Assembly: GCF_000002075.1 (NCBI RefSeq)
Contig: NW_004797425.1
Span: 1,220,010 to 1,284,009, forward strand
DNA length: 64,000 bases
Reading direction: 5' to 3'
Origin: Aplysia californica
Lineage: Eukaryota
Shown: piece by piece, positions 11,409-24,700 of the stretch
How the letters are laid out: the number at the start of each line of letters is the position of its first letter
Position numbering within the stretch: the stretch's first letter is position 1
Notes under the pieces: generated by a model
The model's database searches: none
Seen by the model: only the letters and a program-made list of their open reading frames with translations
Told to the model about the DNA's origin: nothing
Program-made: the position numbers and the translations under genes

Positions 11409-13629
11409 GATAAATGCTTGTAGTCATTTTGGAACATATCAAATCAATTTACATCAAATTTTCCCCTCTCGTTTACATCTAGCCAAGCACGCGTGGTTGC
11501 ATCTAGATCTACCACTACTTGACCGTAGGAACGTAGTGCGATGTTAATCATTACTTGTTTTAAATTTAACTAAATGGGGGGAAACATTTTTCGGACATAA
11601 CAGCTTTTTTCAAACACAACCTGTTAAGATGTGATGACGACATAAGAAAACTTAAATGAATTTGTCTCAACCATTGTTATTCTTCTCGCCGTCTTGTATT
11701 GCATAACAATACGCTTTGAATGGATCGACAGGAACAATAATGTACGTTCCTCCACCCCTATTATTTCTCGTTTTCTGATCGGTTCTTTTGAGCATAACAA
11801 ATGATGACAGCACGAGGCGTTGCGGGATTTTCGTTCACTGCAAAATTACACACAGTCACAGCCTCGGAATCAGTCAGGGCAGAGAGTAAACATTGAACGA
11901 TATTATGCTCGTTCCAGGGCCCCAAAATGGCTGATAGAAACGAAGTCATGGGGAATCGAAGTTGCCTTGCGAAATGACTACACGAGTTATGCTTCAAAAT
12001 GAAAATCTAGAAGGCTCACAAAGAAAAAATAGCTACAGATATCACTATTCCTGATATAGCACCACAAATAATGTAGTTATAACAGTAAAAGTGTAGAAGG
12101 ACAAGTTTCTCAGCAATTATTTCACTGTTTAACTTGACGACAGAAAAAGTATGAACTCGACCCTTCTTGTTTTGCATTCTAAAAGTACATTGATTTCAAA
12201 ACTAAAAATATTTGTAAGATTTCTTCTGATGACACAACTGCTATTTCTCTGCTCCTGTTGCTGAAACATCATATTAACTTAAGCACAACATATACAAATT
12301 TCAAAGCTGTAGCACCATTTTTATTGGAATAGGAAAGGCTTTTGTAAGGTTTATGAAGATACCCCCACCTATTGGCAAAGGCTCATATATGGATGTAATT
12401 TACATCTTGAAGTTGAAAGAGGCGAGCTGTGGGGTGTGCTTCAGCAGAAAGATTCTGAAGGCCTTAACACGTGTTTGATGAAATGCTTAGATTTGTGTAA
12501 ATGTTCATTCCAGTATACCGGTACTGCCAATTATTTATTAACTGACATTCCTTTTGGGGCATATTTTTGCCTCTAGGTGTCATTTCTACTCCTGTCTGCA
12601 ATTTCATGTTTTGTGTAAAATCAGATTTTTAAAAACTTTTTCAAGACAATGTTATTTATAATGTATGAGACAGTGTTTTCTGTCAACTGTTCCTTGTTGG
12701 ATGGTGTAATCTGCTGTTTGTGTTTTTTGCTGTTTCTGTGACATTCCTGTACTTGTAATGCCAATCAAATGTGGATTTGGTGTTAAGTCATGACATAAAA
12801 GGATTCTATAGGGACTTTTAAATAGCCTATTTGATGCTGAATGTATAGAATAATGTTTTTTGCCTAAGAAAACGCCGCTTTAGGACCCGGTCCGTTTAAG
12901 TCCAAGAGCCTTCTTTTACTCTTACTGTGTAACAGAAATATGCTCCAGATAGGGGTTTGTGGTTTTATCTTAGGTGAAATAAGTTTTGCCTGATTTATAT
13001 CGCCTTGCTTTTTACCATAATAATAATATTGTGCAAGCAAAGAGGTTTTTGCCAAGGCAGAGAAATGCACGCTGTAATGTTGGGGAGCTGAGTAGGGAAG
13101 GGAAGGAAAGGAGTGGACAAGACAGTGTATTTTTATATATTATAATAGAATCAATGGGTCAAGATCTCCCGTAACTCATATATGTCATCTGTAAACAGGG
13201 GTGATGACCTGGAAGCTAAGTACATGTATAAGAGCTGAGTAGTTCCCCTTAAAATTGAAACCAGGTCTGTGTGGTGAAAAACATTTCTTTCCTTTTTTAA
13301 TGACCAGGTTCTTAGGCAGAGATCACTGTATTGTGCATCATAATGTTTCAAATTAAAAGGCAAGTATTCTCAAATAACAGGGTCACAGTTGACATATTTA
13401 TTATCTCTGTACATGTTATTCTGAATTAAATGTCTTTCAAGTCCATGGTATGGTGGTGGCAGACAAAACAGTTTGACCGTCCAGTTGCTTATCTAGTCAT
13501 TTTTTAAATCTGGTGTGTGTACTGATATTATATTTTTACTGATACTACTAGTTGTTGTGATCTGAAGGATTACAAAGTCCTGCACATCAAAAAAGATTTT
13601 TCAGTGCCATGTTTTACCGAAGTATAGAT

Positions 13630-13870
13630 TTTTTTGTTGGTGACATAACTGGTTATATATGTCAAAAGTCTTTTTTCTTTTATTCCACTTTTTTAAATTG
13701 AAATATCTATTGGTGACATAGTTGATGGGATACATCAAAAAAGTTTTTACTATTCCACTTTATATTTAAACTTAAATCTATGTTGCTGACGTACTTGATT
13801 ATAATGTACCTCAAAAAGGTTTTTCCAATTCCACTTTTTGTTTCAGTTCTTTTGTCGGTGACACACTTTT
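13630..13870. repeat. Degenerate minisatellite, period about 73 bp, about 3.3 units
   Basis: G(G/C)TGAC at 13639, 13712, 13784 and 13857, with ATTCCACTTT in each of the three full units. Confidence 0.7.
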
Positions 13871-14359
13871 TCACTCTCCATATAAGCTACAGTTCAGTAG
13901 TGCTTTGATCGCTGTAAGCAGATTTTAAAAACTTTTTGTGGATGTCCTTTGTGGATCCTTTTTCTTTTTTATTTAAAACAGCATAATAGCTTATATAAGT
14001 TCTTTTCTTCATCTTGCTTTTTTCTAGATCTGAAGAGGCTTCTTCTCTTTTTACATTTTAACTGTTTTTCTCTACTTGAAATTCTAAATTTTCCTTACTT
14101 CAGTGCAAATACATGTCTGTCTGTCTCATTTGTCAATTTTGTAGTGATTGTTGATATGGGATGAATATTTGATTTTAACAGTCATATGATCATGTCTGAG
14201 TACACAGCTTGCTGTGCCTGTCATAAATTTTTTCTTCTTCATAACTTATTAAAAATGCTTAAAAGCAAAAGAAAGCCGAAACATACTGTCTGCTCATCAC
14301 ATCCAACACTTTATTGTTCACTGTCTTTATGACACTCAGTAATAATTCCTACGCGGCAA

Positions 14360-14850
14360 GGGGGCTCTTGTGGTCTAGAGGTTAAGGTGTTCGCCTCTCA
14401 TTCAAAGGTCCTGGGTTCGAATCCGGGTAGCGACCAAATGATTTTCTTCTCTAAAATTGTCTACTTTCACCTTCTTTCCTTCTCTCTTACAATATTCTGT
14501 CGTCTGCTTTCGTCCCCACTTTCTTCCCCCATCCCCTCACCTCCTTTGCCCACTCCACTGGGCTCCTGACTCTTTCTGCACCCTTTCTACTGCTACTCCG
14601 TGGCTCCTTCTTACTGCTGTCTTTCAGCCACACCCCTGATCTTCTGGCTGGAAAGAACTACACGCGTTAATAAAGATCCCTTGGTGGTCTGAAATTGACG
14701 AGTAGGCTTTGGCGGCCACCCGGGCAAAATTCAAAATGTCCTACCGACTGAAATTGTTTGGTGTGTCCCGCATGCTCATATGACTATTATGACCTTATGG
14801 AGTTGCGATTGCCGTAAAACACTTACCCCCCCCCCAAAAAAAAAACAACA
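14360..14850 (+). mobile_element. tRNA-derived SINE, family A copy
   Basis: Colinear with 682-1203: head TGGTCTAGAGGTT...GGTTCGAATCC, AAAGATCCCTTGGTGGTC core and the same 3' tail. Confidence 0.88.
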
Positions 14851-15230
14851 AAAAGTAGGCTGCAACTTTGTTGCCTTGTCAGCTGCAGTGAATATATGCA
14901 TTTCTGAACAATGTTTTATTGTTGCCAAATGAGGTTGCATCATGATTTGCACCCCGGTTTTATTTGTACGCGATGCTGTCATTTGACATTCCTATAAAAA
15001 ATTTGTCTGAGAGAGCTTTCAGTAAAGTTCTTCTGACTGGAATTTCGATTTATGGGATGTTTTGCACAGGCAGACTTTTTTCCCTCTGTAACATGTTGCA
15101 ATGAAAATACGACATCTGACTACCTAGGCACAGCCTCTCTATCTCAAAAGTGTCAGACAATTTCTGTGTAGATCAGTGTATGCGAGTTTGTGCTTGCTTT
15201 TTATTAAGCAAAATTGATCATATTGATTAC

Positions 15231-16003
15231 CAGGGCTGGGATTACACGGTAATTTGATACCCGGGTAATGAAAAAAATACCCCGAGTACCCGACATTTCA
15301 ATTATCATATATGGTATTTCTGTACTGCTCTGCCTGCTTGCGATTTCATTTGGGTGTTTTCCCTCCAAATGCTTTAAGAGGCTTGAAGTTGAAGACCCGT
15401 CAACTTTTATTATGCTTTTGCAGATGTTGCAGGAGGCCCTTTTTTTTCGTCTTTTATTTTCTCAAAGTAATCCCAAGCGTATGATTTTTTAAAAGACATC
15501 TTGATAGAAACTGAGCTAAAATGACAAAGCCAAAGCTATTTAAACCCTTTTACTTCACATAATTCTTAGAAATGTTCTGCTTCTCCGTTGGATTCTTAGA
15601 ACTGCACACTAGTTGCTTCTATAAATAAGGACATTGAAATTGAAACTGTAGGCCTAGACCAACCAAAGTATCCAATCGGTTTTTCGAAACTTTCTTTTGA
15701 CATGCCCAAATGTTGCCTTTTTTGTGGTCTGCTGGTTTCCTTGGAAAGGAGGTACGAGTAGTGGTGGGCACTAGTAAATGTTGACCTATATTGAGTACTG
15801 TACCGACTTAGAACTTAGAGAGCTCAGTATCGATAAGTACTCAGTACAGTGTACTTATATATTATAGCTCCAACGAATGGACATAATTTAAGTGCATTTG
15901 CATAGCATTAACGAAGGGGAGTGGAGTAGAAAACGCGGGTACCTGACACCAATACCCGGGTAGCCGGTTTTGAGCTCTTTACTCGGGTACCCTCCCAGCC
16001 CTA
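15231..16003. mobile_element. hAT-type MITE
   Basis: TIRs CAGGGCTGGG / CCCAGCCCTA, 8-bp TSD TTGATTAC / TTGGTTAC (1 mismatch), subterminal TACCCGGGTA repeats. Confidence 0.8.
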
Positions 16004-16980
16004 TTGGTTACCCCTCTTTGGCCTCAACCTCACTTTAATGCCAATTGTGTCAGGTTCCAAGGGTTGGCCATTCAAATAGTTCATAGTTTTGGTTTGATTC
16101 CCAGAATTTGTGACCCTGTGTGTGTGACATGTCTTTATTTGTGAAAATGGATGTTGTTTTATTTATTTAGAATTCAACATAATTAAAAGAACATGTAAAA
16201 CTCTAGCGTGGATTGATTCAAGAAACAACAAAAAGCAGAGAGAGGATTTTGAGGTTTAAAATGAATAAGAACTCTGAGACTGACCTTTTCGTCAGCCAGG
16301 ACATAGTAAAGATTTGCGATATTATTAAGTATAGATCTAGTTAATTTGTAAGTCACATTTACATGCCCATATGTATGTTTAAAATTGTATGAGATCAATC
16401 TCTTCATCTTGAAAGGCTGCATGTACACTAAACTCTTAATTTTATGCCAGACTGTTGATTTCAATCCAATCCTTGAAAATTTACATGGTCACTGACACAA
16501 TAAGGGCAATGCAATTGTTTATTCAAGATGTATTTTTTATGCCAGTTTGTCCAAGCGAAAATGTATGCTGTGCGCACACTTTTCAACGATTTAAAAAAAA
16601 AATCAAAAGATTAAAAATAATTTCTGCAGAATTTACATTTTTTTATTTATTCAATAAACATTTTTTTGTCTCCAATGTATCAATACAATGTTTGTTTTAT
16701 TTTTTTGTGGACACATGTTTTTAAGTACAGCCAAGTCACAATTCTTCAATGTATTGTATTAATCCTGCTGAACATAGTTATTGGAGCCTAACAGCCCCTT
16801 TAGTTAGGAAAAGCAGTAACATCATAATGTTTTAATGAAGGGTGAATTATAATATAATTATGTTATTTGAGAGAAGCACATAAAGACAACAGGAGTTAAA
16901 AAACTAAAATCACATTTTTATGATTTTCAGAAATAAGTTTTTAAGTCTGGACCTCATACATTTATCTTCAAAATATCAAT

Positions 16981-17440
16981 CCCTCGTCAAAGCAATGAAA
17001 TAAAAGAAATCAGCGTTTTTGTGGGCTTTGGGCAGTTTTTTTCTAATTTTTTGTTTTTGTTTTTTTTTGGGGGGGGGGGGGGGGGTTCAACATCTTAGTG
17101 CTCTTTAGAAAACACATTTCTTTGTGGGTGTTACAGAACAACGTCCATTAAAGGCTCAAAAAACGTAAATTCCAGTTTTCAAGGACCCTCAACCTTTGGA
17201 AGTAATGTCTACTAATGGAAGTCTCTAAACTTTGGCAGCCATTTGCTCACTAATTTTACCTCTCACGGCCAACGATCCCCGCCTCCTTCAATCGCAAATA
17301 TCTCGACTTCTATTCAAGATAGAAGGGTATTCTTTCGCCAAATGAACAAGCTTTAAGACAATATTAATATTAATAATATAATAACTCTGTATGATCAAAG
17401 TAAAAAATTGACGAGCGCGTGATTCCATGGTGTCTCCACA
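16981..17440. mobile_element. MITE family C copy
   Basis: CCTCCTTCAATCGCAAATATCTCGACTTCTATTCAAGATAG...AATTGACGAGCGCGTGATTCCA shared with the other copies. Confidence 0.72.
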
Positions 17441-17641
17441 CGTTTTTATTATTTCTTCATTTTTACAGGGACCTCCCTTTAAAATGTGACCTTTATCTGC
17501 TTTGTACTATTATGAAGTCCCCTTGGAGCATAACTAGAAACAATTAAAAATGTAATTCTGCCATTTTCTGCCTTGTAGTATTTCAGTGTTTGCTATCCTT
17601 TCACCACGATACATGTAAATCTAGTTTAATTTATCTTTTTA

Positions 17642-17822
17642 TACTTGGGTGGTTGGCTGTTGCTCTGGTGTGGTTTGCTCCTTCTTTCTTATAAAAAAGA
17701 TATCTTCTCTATCTTCCCTCCTTTTTTGTGTTTGTTACTCTCTTGTAACACTTCTAATCTTCGGCACTTATATAACCTTATTGTGTTGCAAGTGCCGTAA
17801 AACTCTTACTAAAAACTAACTA
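17642..17822 (+). mobile_element. Short headless retroposon (family B)
   Basis: Starts GGGTGGTTGGC..TGCTCTGGTGTGG and ends GTTGCAAGTGCCGTAAAAC..ACTAAAAACTAA. TSD ATCTTTTTA at 17633-17641 and 17823-17831. Confidence 0.8.
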
Positions 17823-18523
17823 ATCTTTTTAAAGAAATGTTTAAATGTTAGTGTTATACGCCCCAATCAACACAATTCAGATCATTTATGATTTAGGAGG
17901 CAATCTTCAAATCTGCTTGTTGGGGCCAATCTGGGATGAGAGGGATACAAAATCCTTGCAGAAAGACAGATTTACACCTATTCAAAAAATTTTCTCCCCA
18001 CACTAGGATCAAATTTAACCCTATGTGTGATGCCAAAGCCCTAGACCGCAGACGCCGGAAGCCCCTGATTATTTTTCCATGAATATCACAACTGGAAGGC
18101 TGATGGGACAGGCCTGCTCTTTTCTAACGTTCAAAACCCAAGATGTGTAATGTGTGCAAAAAGCATGTACTGGGATAATAAACTCTCTTCTTTGACTGTC
18201 AATAGATGAGGACGCGCTCGATCCCACCCCTCGGGAACGAGAAAAGCATGAGGAAAAGACCTTCATTATCTACTGATCACACGATGAACAGGGGATTGAA
18301 CCAGTTCCTGAGGTCTAGAGGTGAGCTGAGCACATTACCTCAAAACAATATCAAGTCCCCCACTTTTACAATGATGAATGCTAGTGGCACTGGGATCCTT
18401 GTACACTTGAAATAGAAATAATTTAAGTATACCGCACCTCAGAAAAAAAATGGTTTAATTAACTTTAAGTTTAAGAGTAAAGCACACTTCTTCCTAGAAT
18501 GGAAAAACAACATAAAGATGTGT

Positions 18524-18710
18524 ACAGTTGAACCTGGTCTAATGGTCACCTGCCCAAGAATCACCTATTGAAGACGAAGAACCACCTATTCAAACAACCA
18601 CTTCCCTATTGCATTTTACAAAAATATAGTGATCGTCCAAGACATTTTTTGTCTCAAGCAACCACTTTTCTCCTCGACAGTGTGTGCCAGTCTTGGATAG
18701 TTTGACTATA
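18524..18710. mobile_element. Tc1/mariner-pogo-type MITE remnant
   Basis: TACAGTTGAACCT... and ...AGTTTGACTATA termini with internal GACCACC-like repeats. A similar remnant lies at about 5335-5491. Confidence 0.45.
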
Positions 18711-21700
18711 CATGTGTAGAGATGCATCATTTACTCGGTGGATCGGAGAACCCTTTGTCTACTTCTACTATCGAGATTGAACAGGGAAATGCCAAAGAAG
18801 AATCATAACGGGAAGTTTTTATGTGCTGGGGAAAAAATGCAGGGGATATATATAAACCCTGTAAATTCTTTGCCATTTCAATGGGCCAAAGGGCTTGAAA
18901 TCAGTTGGCCACTGTATCGGAAAAAAAAAAAGTAAAAAGTATGTAAAACTAGTGGATTTGCAGACTGCATGGTCCTGTCATAAGTTTGAAAGAATCAAAC
19001 TGTGCAACGCAAGCAAGCTCTACCATTCCAGTGTTTTAATCTATGCAAAGTCTTGCATTTGTCATAGTGTTGACTGCCTTCAATGCTTTTCATAACGAAG
19101 GACCTCTGAACTATTCACCACAGACATGACGGCACAATGGAGAAATCTTTACAAAACTCTCAAAACAAACTACAGTATAACACGAATAGGTCGAACACAA
19201 GACTCGAAATCCTGCATCCATCGAACTGTGCCTGCTGTCCCATTTTTTCCCCCCTTCTTTATCTTTGTGAGATATCCATCGAACTACAGATCCCTCAAAC
19301 AACCGGAGCCGGTCCCGATGAATTTGAGCTATCCGTGTTATACATGTAGGTATGGTATGTTTTAAAACGACCATGATCTTGGTCTTTCCAATTCATTATC
19401 AACAAGACCAGACCTCTGTCATCATATGAAAGGAAATGCAATCATTTTTTTGATGTAGATAATACCATACCATTAGATTATAGACACCTGACGCTGACAT
19501 CAATTAAAAAAACAAAAAAAGGAAAAATTAATTTGCTTGTTTGAATAAAGAGAAGCACATCGACACAATAATTATTATGGTCATTTACTACTGGGGAAAA
19601 AGAACGACAGACAGAAACAACAGAGGGAAGGTAAAGGAGTATGACCTATTGGTGGAGCCCTCCAACATCCGCTATGAAAAATTAAAAACCAGGACAATTT
19701 CACTACGAACTTGTAGTTGTAGTAGGCTACATGTAGTTACAAGAAAAAAGAAAACAACAACGAAACAATGAAGCCTGTTCATTTAATCATACAAACTGCA
19801 AATAATTTCACCACTATAATCACTGAATGACTTGAAACATCAATTTGGTCTTTTGTGTGTTCTAGAAGAAAACAACGCAGATACAGACTGTATATTATTA
19901 CCAACACAAAGCCATGCACAGACCATGTCAAAATTTATAAATGGTAAAAAAAATAATTAATTAAGCAAACGTCACATCAGCACATGTTTGCACGCAGTTT
20001 CAACTCCCTGGGAAGAAAAAGAAAATCACTGATGTTTGACACGAACAGTGTTCATTTACTTTTCTAAAAATGTGTACTGGTACAGGTAAATCCATTATAT
20101 TAGTCTCAAACATCAATATATATATGCATTATATGTTTCAGTGTGTCCTAAACTGAAAGGTTGTCATAAAGTAAAAATGTTCAACCAAAGACGATAGGCA
20201 GCGGCATGGACATAAGAAAAAGATCACACTGTAAGATATAGCAAAAAGATATTGTGATATGTCAAAAGAGTCTCCAGTTTATGTCAGATCTTTCACTTCA
20301 TGGGCCCCCACAGGCTATACGTTGACCAGCTTGTTTGGGATTAGGAAACTTGAAAGGGTCTGCATACAGTAAAAAAAAACCAACGTAGAGAGCAAAAACA
20401 AGTTACATAATCTTTCAAATTGATTACGACAAAAAGCGCTCCTAAATCCAATATATTTCTACAGGATTTTGGTTTGACAAAGGTCTGTGTGAGTGGCACA
20501 TAGGGGAGCCTACTTTAAAAGCCCAGCTTGCAGAGAGGTGAAGCCACTAGTTCGGGAAAAAAGAAAAGGACAATAATGGTCATGAGGGCAGAAAAAAAGT
20601 AAGAGTAAGACAGACAGAAACAGCAGACGGAAAGAAAAGGAAAAGAGTTTTCCCAGTCCAGTGGAAACTCCAGCCACCCTCAACTTCTGACTACAAAACC
20701 ACAATACTGAGAAGCACACCAGCAACTAAGCTGAAAAGGGACTGTGGCCTATTGCAGAACTTGCCATAAAAAGACAGTACTGTTAAGAATACTGAAGTCA
20801 AGCCCACAATAAGGGTTAAGAATATAAAAGTCACACTAAATTAGCAAACACTGCCACACAGAAAAATTACTTATTAGACCCATAGGAAAAGTTGGACCCT
20901 TTACCCAGATCCATGGATTACATAGTGTTGGTTGACTGGGAGAACAACAACAAATTTCATGTATATTTGAGAGAATATAACAAGCAAGACCAAATTCTTC
21001 TGGAGACAGTTTAGAGCCAGGAGCATACCCTAGTTGTTTTATACGTGTCCATTGCAGACAAAAATTGAAATAACAATAATATGCAATTGAATAATAATAG
21101 ATGTTTCATGCCTGCCTGTCAGGGCCAACTTGGGCTGAGAAAGATACGTCTCAGCATGCAGATACTTCATAAAAAAACCCTCCTCCCCATGGGAATTAAT
21201 TCTTGAACTCAGGTCTTCTGAGTGCAATGGTGAAGCAATAAACAGCTACACCACGGATACCAGTACAAAATTGACCAAAACAACAAAGTTAGTAGGCCTA
21301 TTAGAAAAGACAGCAGGTTTTGCATGCCACTTGACATGAATTTCCTTTAGCAACCTTGAAGAGAAATGACCAGTGATTTTTACTATTTTACTATCCAGCA
21401 GAACTGTGAAGATAATAAGTACAGTAGTCTCTGCCTAAGCACAAAGTGCTGAGGAGGGCTCCTTAGCCGTGCATTTACGTGAGCCTGTGCAATGGGACAC
21501 AACCATCTGATTTCCTTGATATTTTAGTGGTTATTGTCACTGTGTTATCTCCCTTGTGGGGGTATTTTTCTCACCGACAAAGCGGTGAAACGAGTATAAA
21601 GTCACCCCCAAAATATACCGTTCCCCAGTCATGTGTATCCGCAGGGTGTGGACATGCTGTCCATCACTTTCATTGTACTATGCGAGGAGCAGTCTCGTCA

Positions 21701-24700
21701 AATATCCGGTTGTCTACACTTGTCTTTGTACTTTGTTATCATGAGGCACTCTGTCTAGGCTGTTGCAAAGATTTCTCTTTGTCAAGCTTGGCCTGTTACT
21801 GTTAGCATGTTCCGCGGTCTGATGCATGTGTTTGGAGGAACAGACCGTGCGTTTGTAGATCTAATTCATACAGTAAAAAAAACAAACAAACATAGATGAA
21901 AGCGTGCATTTGAGCACAGCATGCCTTTGTATGGTGTGAATTTAGGTGGAGACTACTCTGTTAGTGACAGAAACAGCACTATCAGAAGGAAAATGTAATC
22001 AGCACAAGGCAGAATCTAAGAGAAATACACTGCCTTCATCATACTTCATGCCTTTGTGTTAACAACTGTACACAAGTCTGTTCATCATATCTACCCGTCA
22101 TCAAACAGTCCCGTATCAAAGTAACTGCCTTAATGGAAAATATTTGGCCCCTACTTTAAAGAAAATTGTTTTTGCTTCAGATGCATACATGACATGTGGA
22201 TGTCACATACCAACTCACAATTGATCGAAGTCCATATATCAGGGACGGCATTATTTTCAAACTGGCATTAATATCTGAGGCAAAATATAAAGATAGTATG
22301 GACACAATGTGACGGACACAATGTGATGGACACAATGTGACAATTGATAGAAAGAGCACTTAGAAAAAGAATAACAGTAGATCTAGACATTTCTTGTAAA
22401 AATAAGATTCACCATATAAACAAATGATTTTATTCATGAAAATTTATATACTGGAAAGCAAAATGGTATAGAAAAAGGATGATATCGACCCCCCCCCCCC
22501 CAACAAACTTTTGCCATCAGAGACATTGAAGCAGTGTTCTCTCTCCAGATTTACTTTTTGCCAAATAATAGCTAATTTTGCCCGGTAACGACACATTTAT
22601 TCATCACAAGAGTAGCTTGAACAACTGTACACATTGTAAGTATTTTGTTTCCTTTTTCATAAAAACTGAACGAAAATTTAAAAGGAAACATACTCACAAA
22701 TGAATAACAAGCAGAAGGCAGTACAAATAAAAACACACAAAAGCAAAAGGTTCGATGGAAATGGTTCACAATCACCAGCAACAAGAGAAAATGCCCAGTG
22801 GAATCTGTTGGTATTTACAGTACCAGACAGTTTAGTACAGAACAAAAAAAACTAGACACAGAAAAAGAAAAATGCATCGGAGTGGCCACATGAACAGCAC
22901 ATCTCTTACTTAAAGGCGAAAAAGTGGAACAAATGTCATGGCGTATGCAAACATGCCTTTGTGCTAAATTTACCTCACGGCAAATGACACCCACAATATT
23001 TGCAATTTCTCCAAGATGTAGGAAACTGGGATGACATAGACTATTTACATTGGCCAGCATCATCTCCAAAAACTTTGATGTCGTTTCCGCAGACTGAAAA
23101 ATAGCTCACAAAGAAGCAATATAAAACCCCCACAAGAACAAACTCACAATTACCAGTACCATCTCATTGCAAAAAATAGTAGGTCTGTTCTCACAAACAA
23201 AGATCTTTCACTTTCACATGCCATAACCAATAAAAACATAGAAAGCCCACAATCAGTAAACAACAATGGTAATGTAATGTATAATATAATATAGCTATTA
23301 TTGTTTGAAACTGAAATCAAACAGTCAAAAGAGGGAACATCTTTTCATCATCAGAGGCTTCATAAAAACAAAAGAATCAGAGATGCATCCAATACAAGAA
23401 GCATTAAGTTCAATGAACATAGGAGGAAAAAAAAAAGTTTTGTTCCAACAATGGGACAATATGAGACCAAGTAGATATGCCTTAGCGATGAGCAAATACT
23501 GGAGAGTTCTGTAAAATCTTTTAAAGTCTGAACAAAATTGAAAACAAGAGACAAAGCGAGAGAGTAGGAAGACAGAGAAGTAAAGGCCTCATAAATCTCA
23601 TGTCATAAAATCTTGACAGGCTGAGGAGAGACTACACTGCTACTGTTTTCTCCTTTCGGACTCACACCTCTCAAGTACACATACACACATATATATATAT
23701 AACATGAAATATGGTTGCTATTAAGGACAAGCGGGCTAACCCAGATTTCGGGGGTTTCCAGAAATCTTGATGTACACCAAAAGTGGGCATTGCCCTACCT
23801 ATAGGAAAAGTTTGGTTTCATTGGTGTTTATATTTGTTTGGTTATAGAGAAAACTCTCCTTGTCTTTTAAAGAAACAGAACAAGGGGCAAAAACTTTACC
23901 TTCGATTTTCTCAAAACAGCATTTTTCTGGACAGCCCCCTTGTGCTTAAAAGCGACCATATGTGTTTTATCAACCCGCTTCCCTGTTCTTTTACAAAGCA
24001 GGGATACAAGGGAAAATACCATTTATGCAAACAAGCAACCATCCTCCATTCCATTTTCTTTCATACTAAACAAGGGACATACATAATCATATCACAGATC
24101 TGAAGCAAATGATGACTTCCCAGTACTTGCATCCTCCAAAGTTGTTCTTTTTGTGGAAATTAATCAAAATCTTCACATCTTTTCATGGGAGTGGCGAGGG
24201 TAAAAAATGATTTTCCTTATGATCACACACAAACACATACTCAAAAGTTATGTTCTAATGGACACAAAACAGAATGCCCCTATTTAAATTGCTAAAAATC
24301 AAATAGTGAAAGAGACCCATCATCGATACTTGAAACATAACCTCTTTTTTGGAGAGTAACTAATGACTAATAATAATGTTACTATTTATAGAATTTCTGA
24401 AAGGATACAATCATGTAACAAAACAATATATTGTATCTTCACAGTGGTAGGAAAACCAGTTTTAGAGTTATATATAATAAATGATATTACTTATTGTCTT
24501 GTGTAATACACATTCATAAATCATTAAATAAGAAACAGAGCGAACCTTAAATACTTTATTAGCACGTATTACTCGTTGGCAATCTTGCAATTTATAAAAG
24601 ACTTTGAAAACTAAAGACAATTCAGTCACACACAAATATTATCTAAAATAATCTTTTCTTCTATCAGCGTTCTAGGATGAAGCCCACCAAAGTAAGAAGA

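Noticed and set aside
18069-18415. Short ORFs in the DNAJC22-RNF41 interval
   Set aside because: No recognisable domain and no consistent exon chain.
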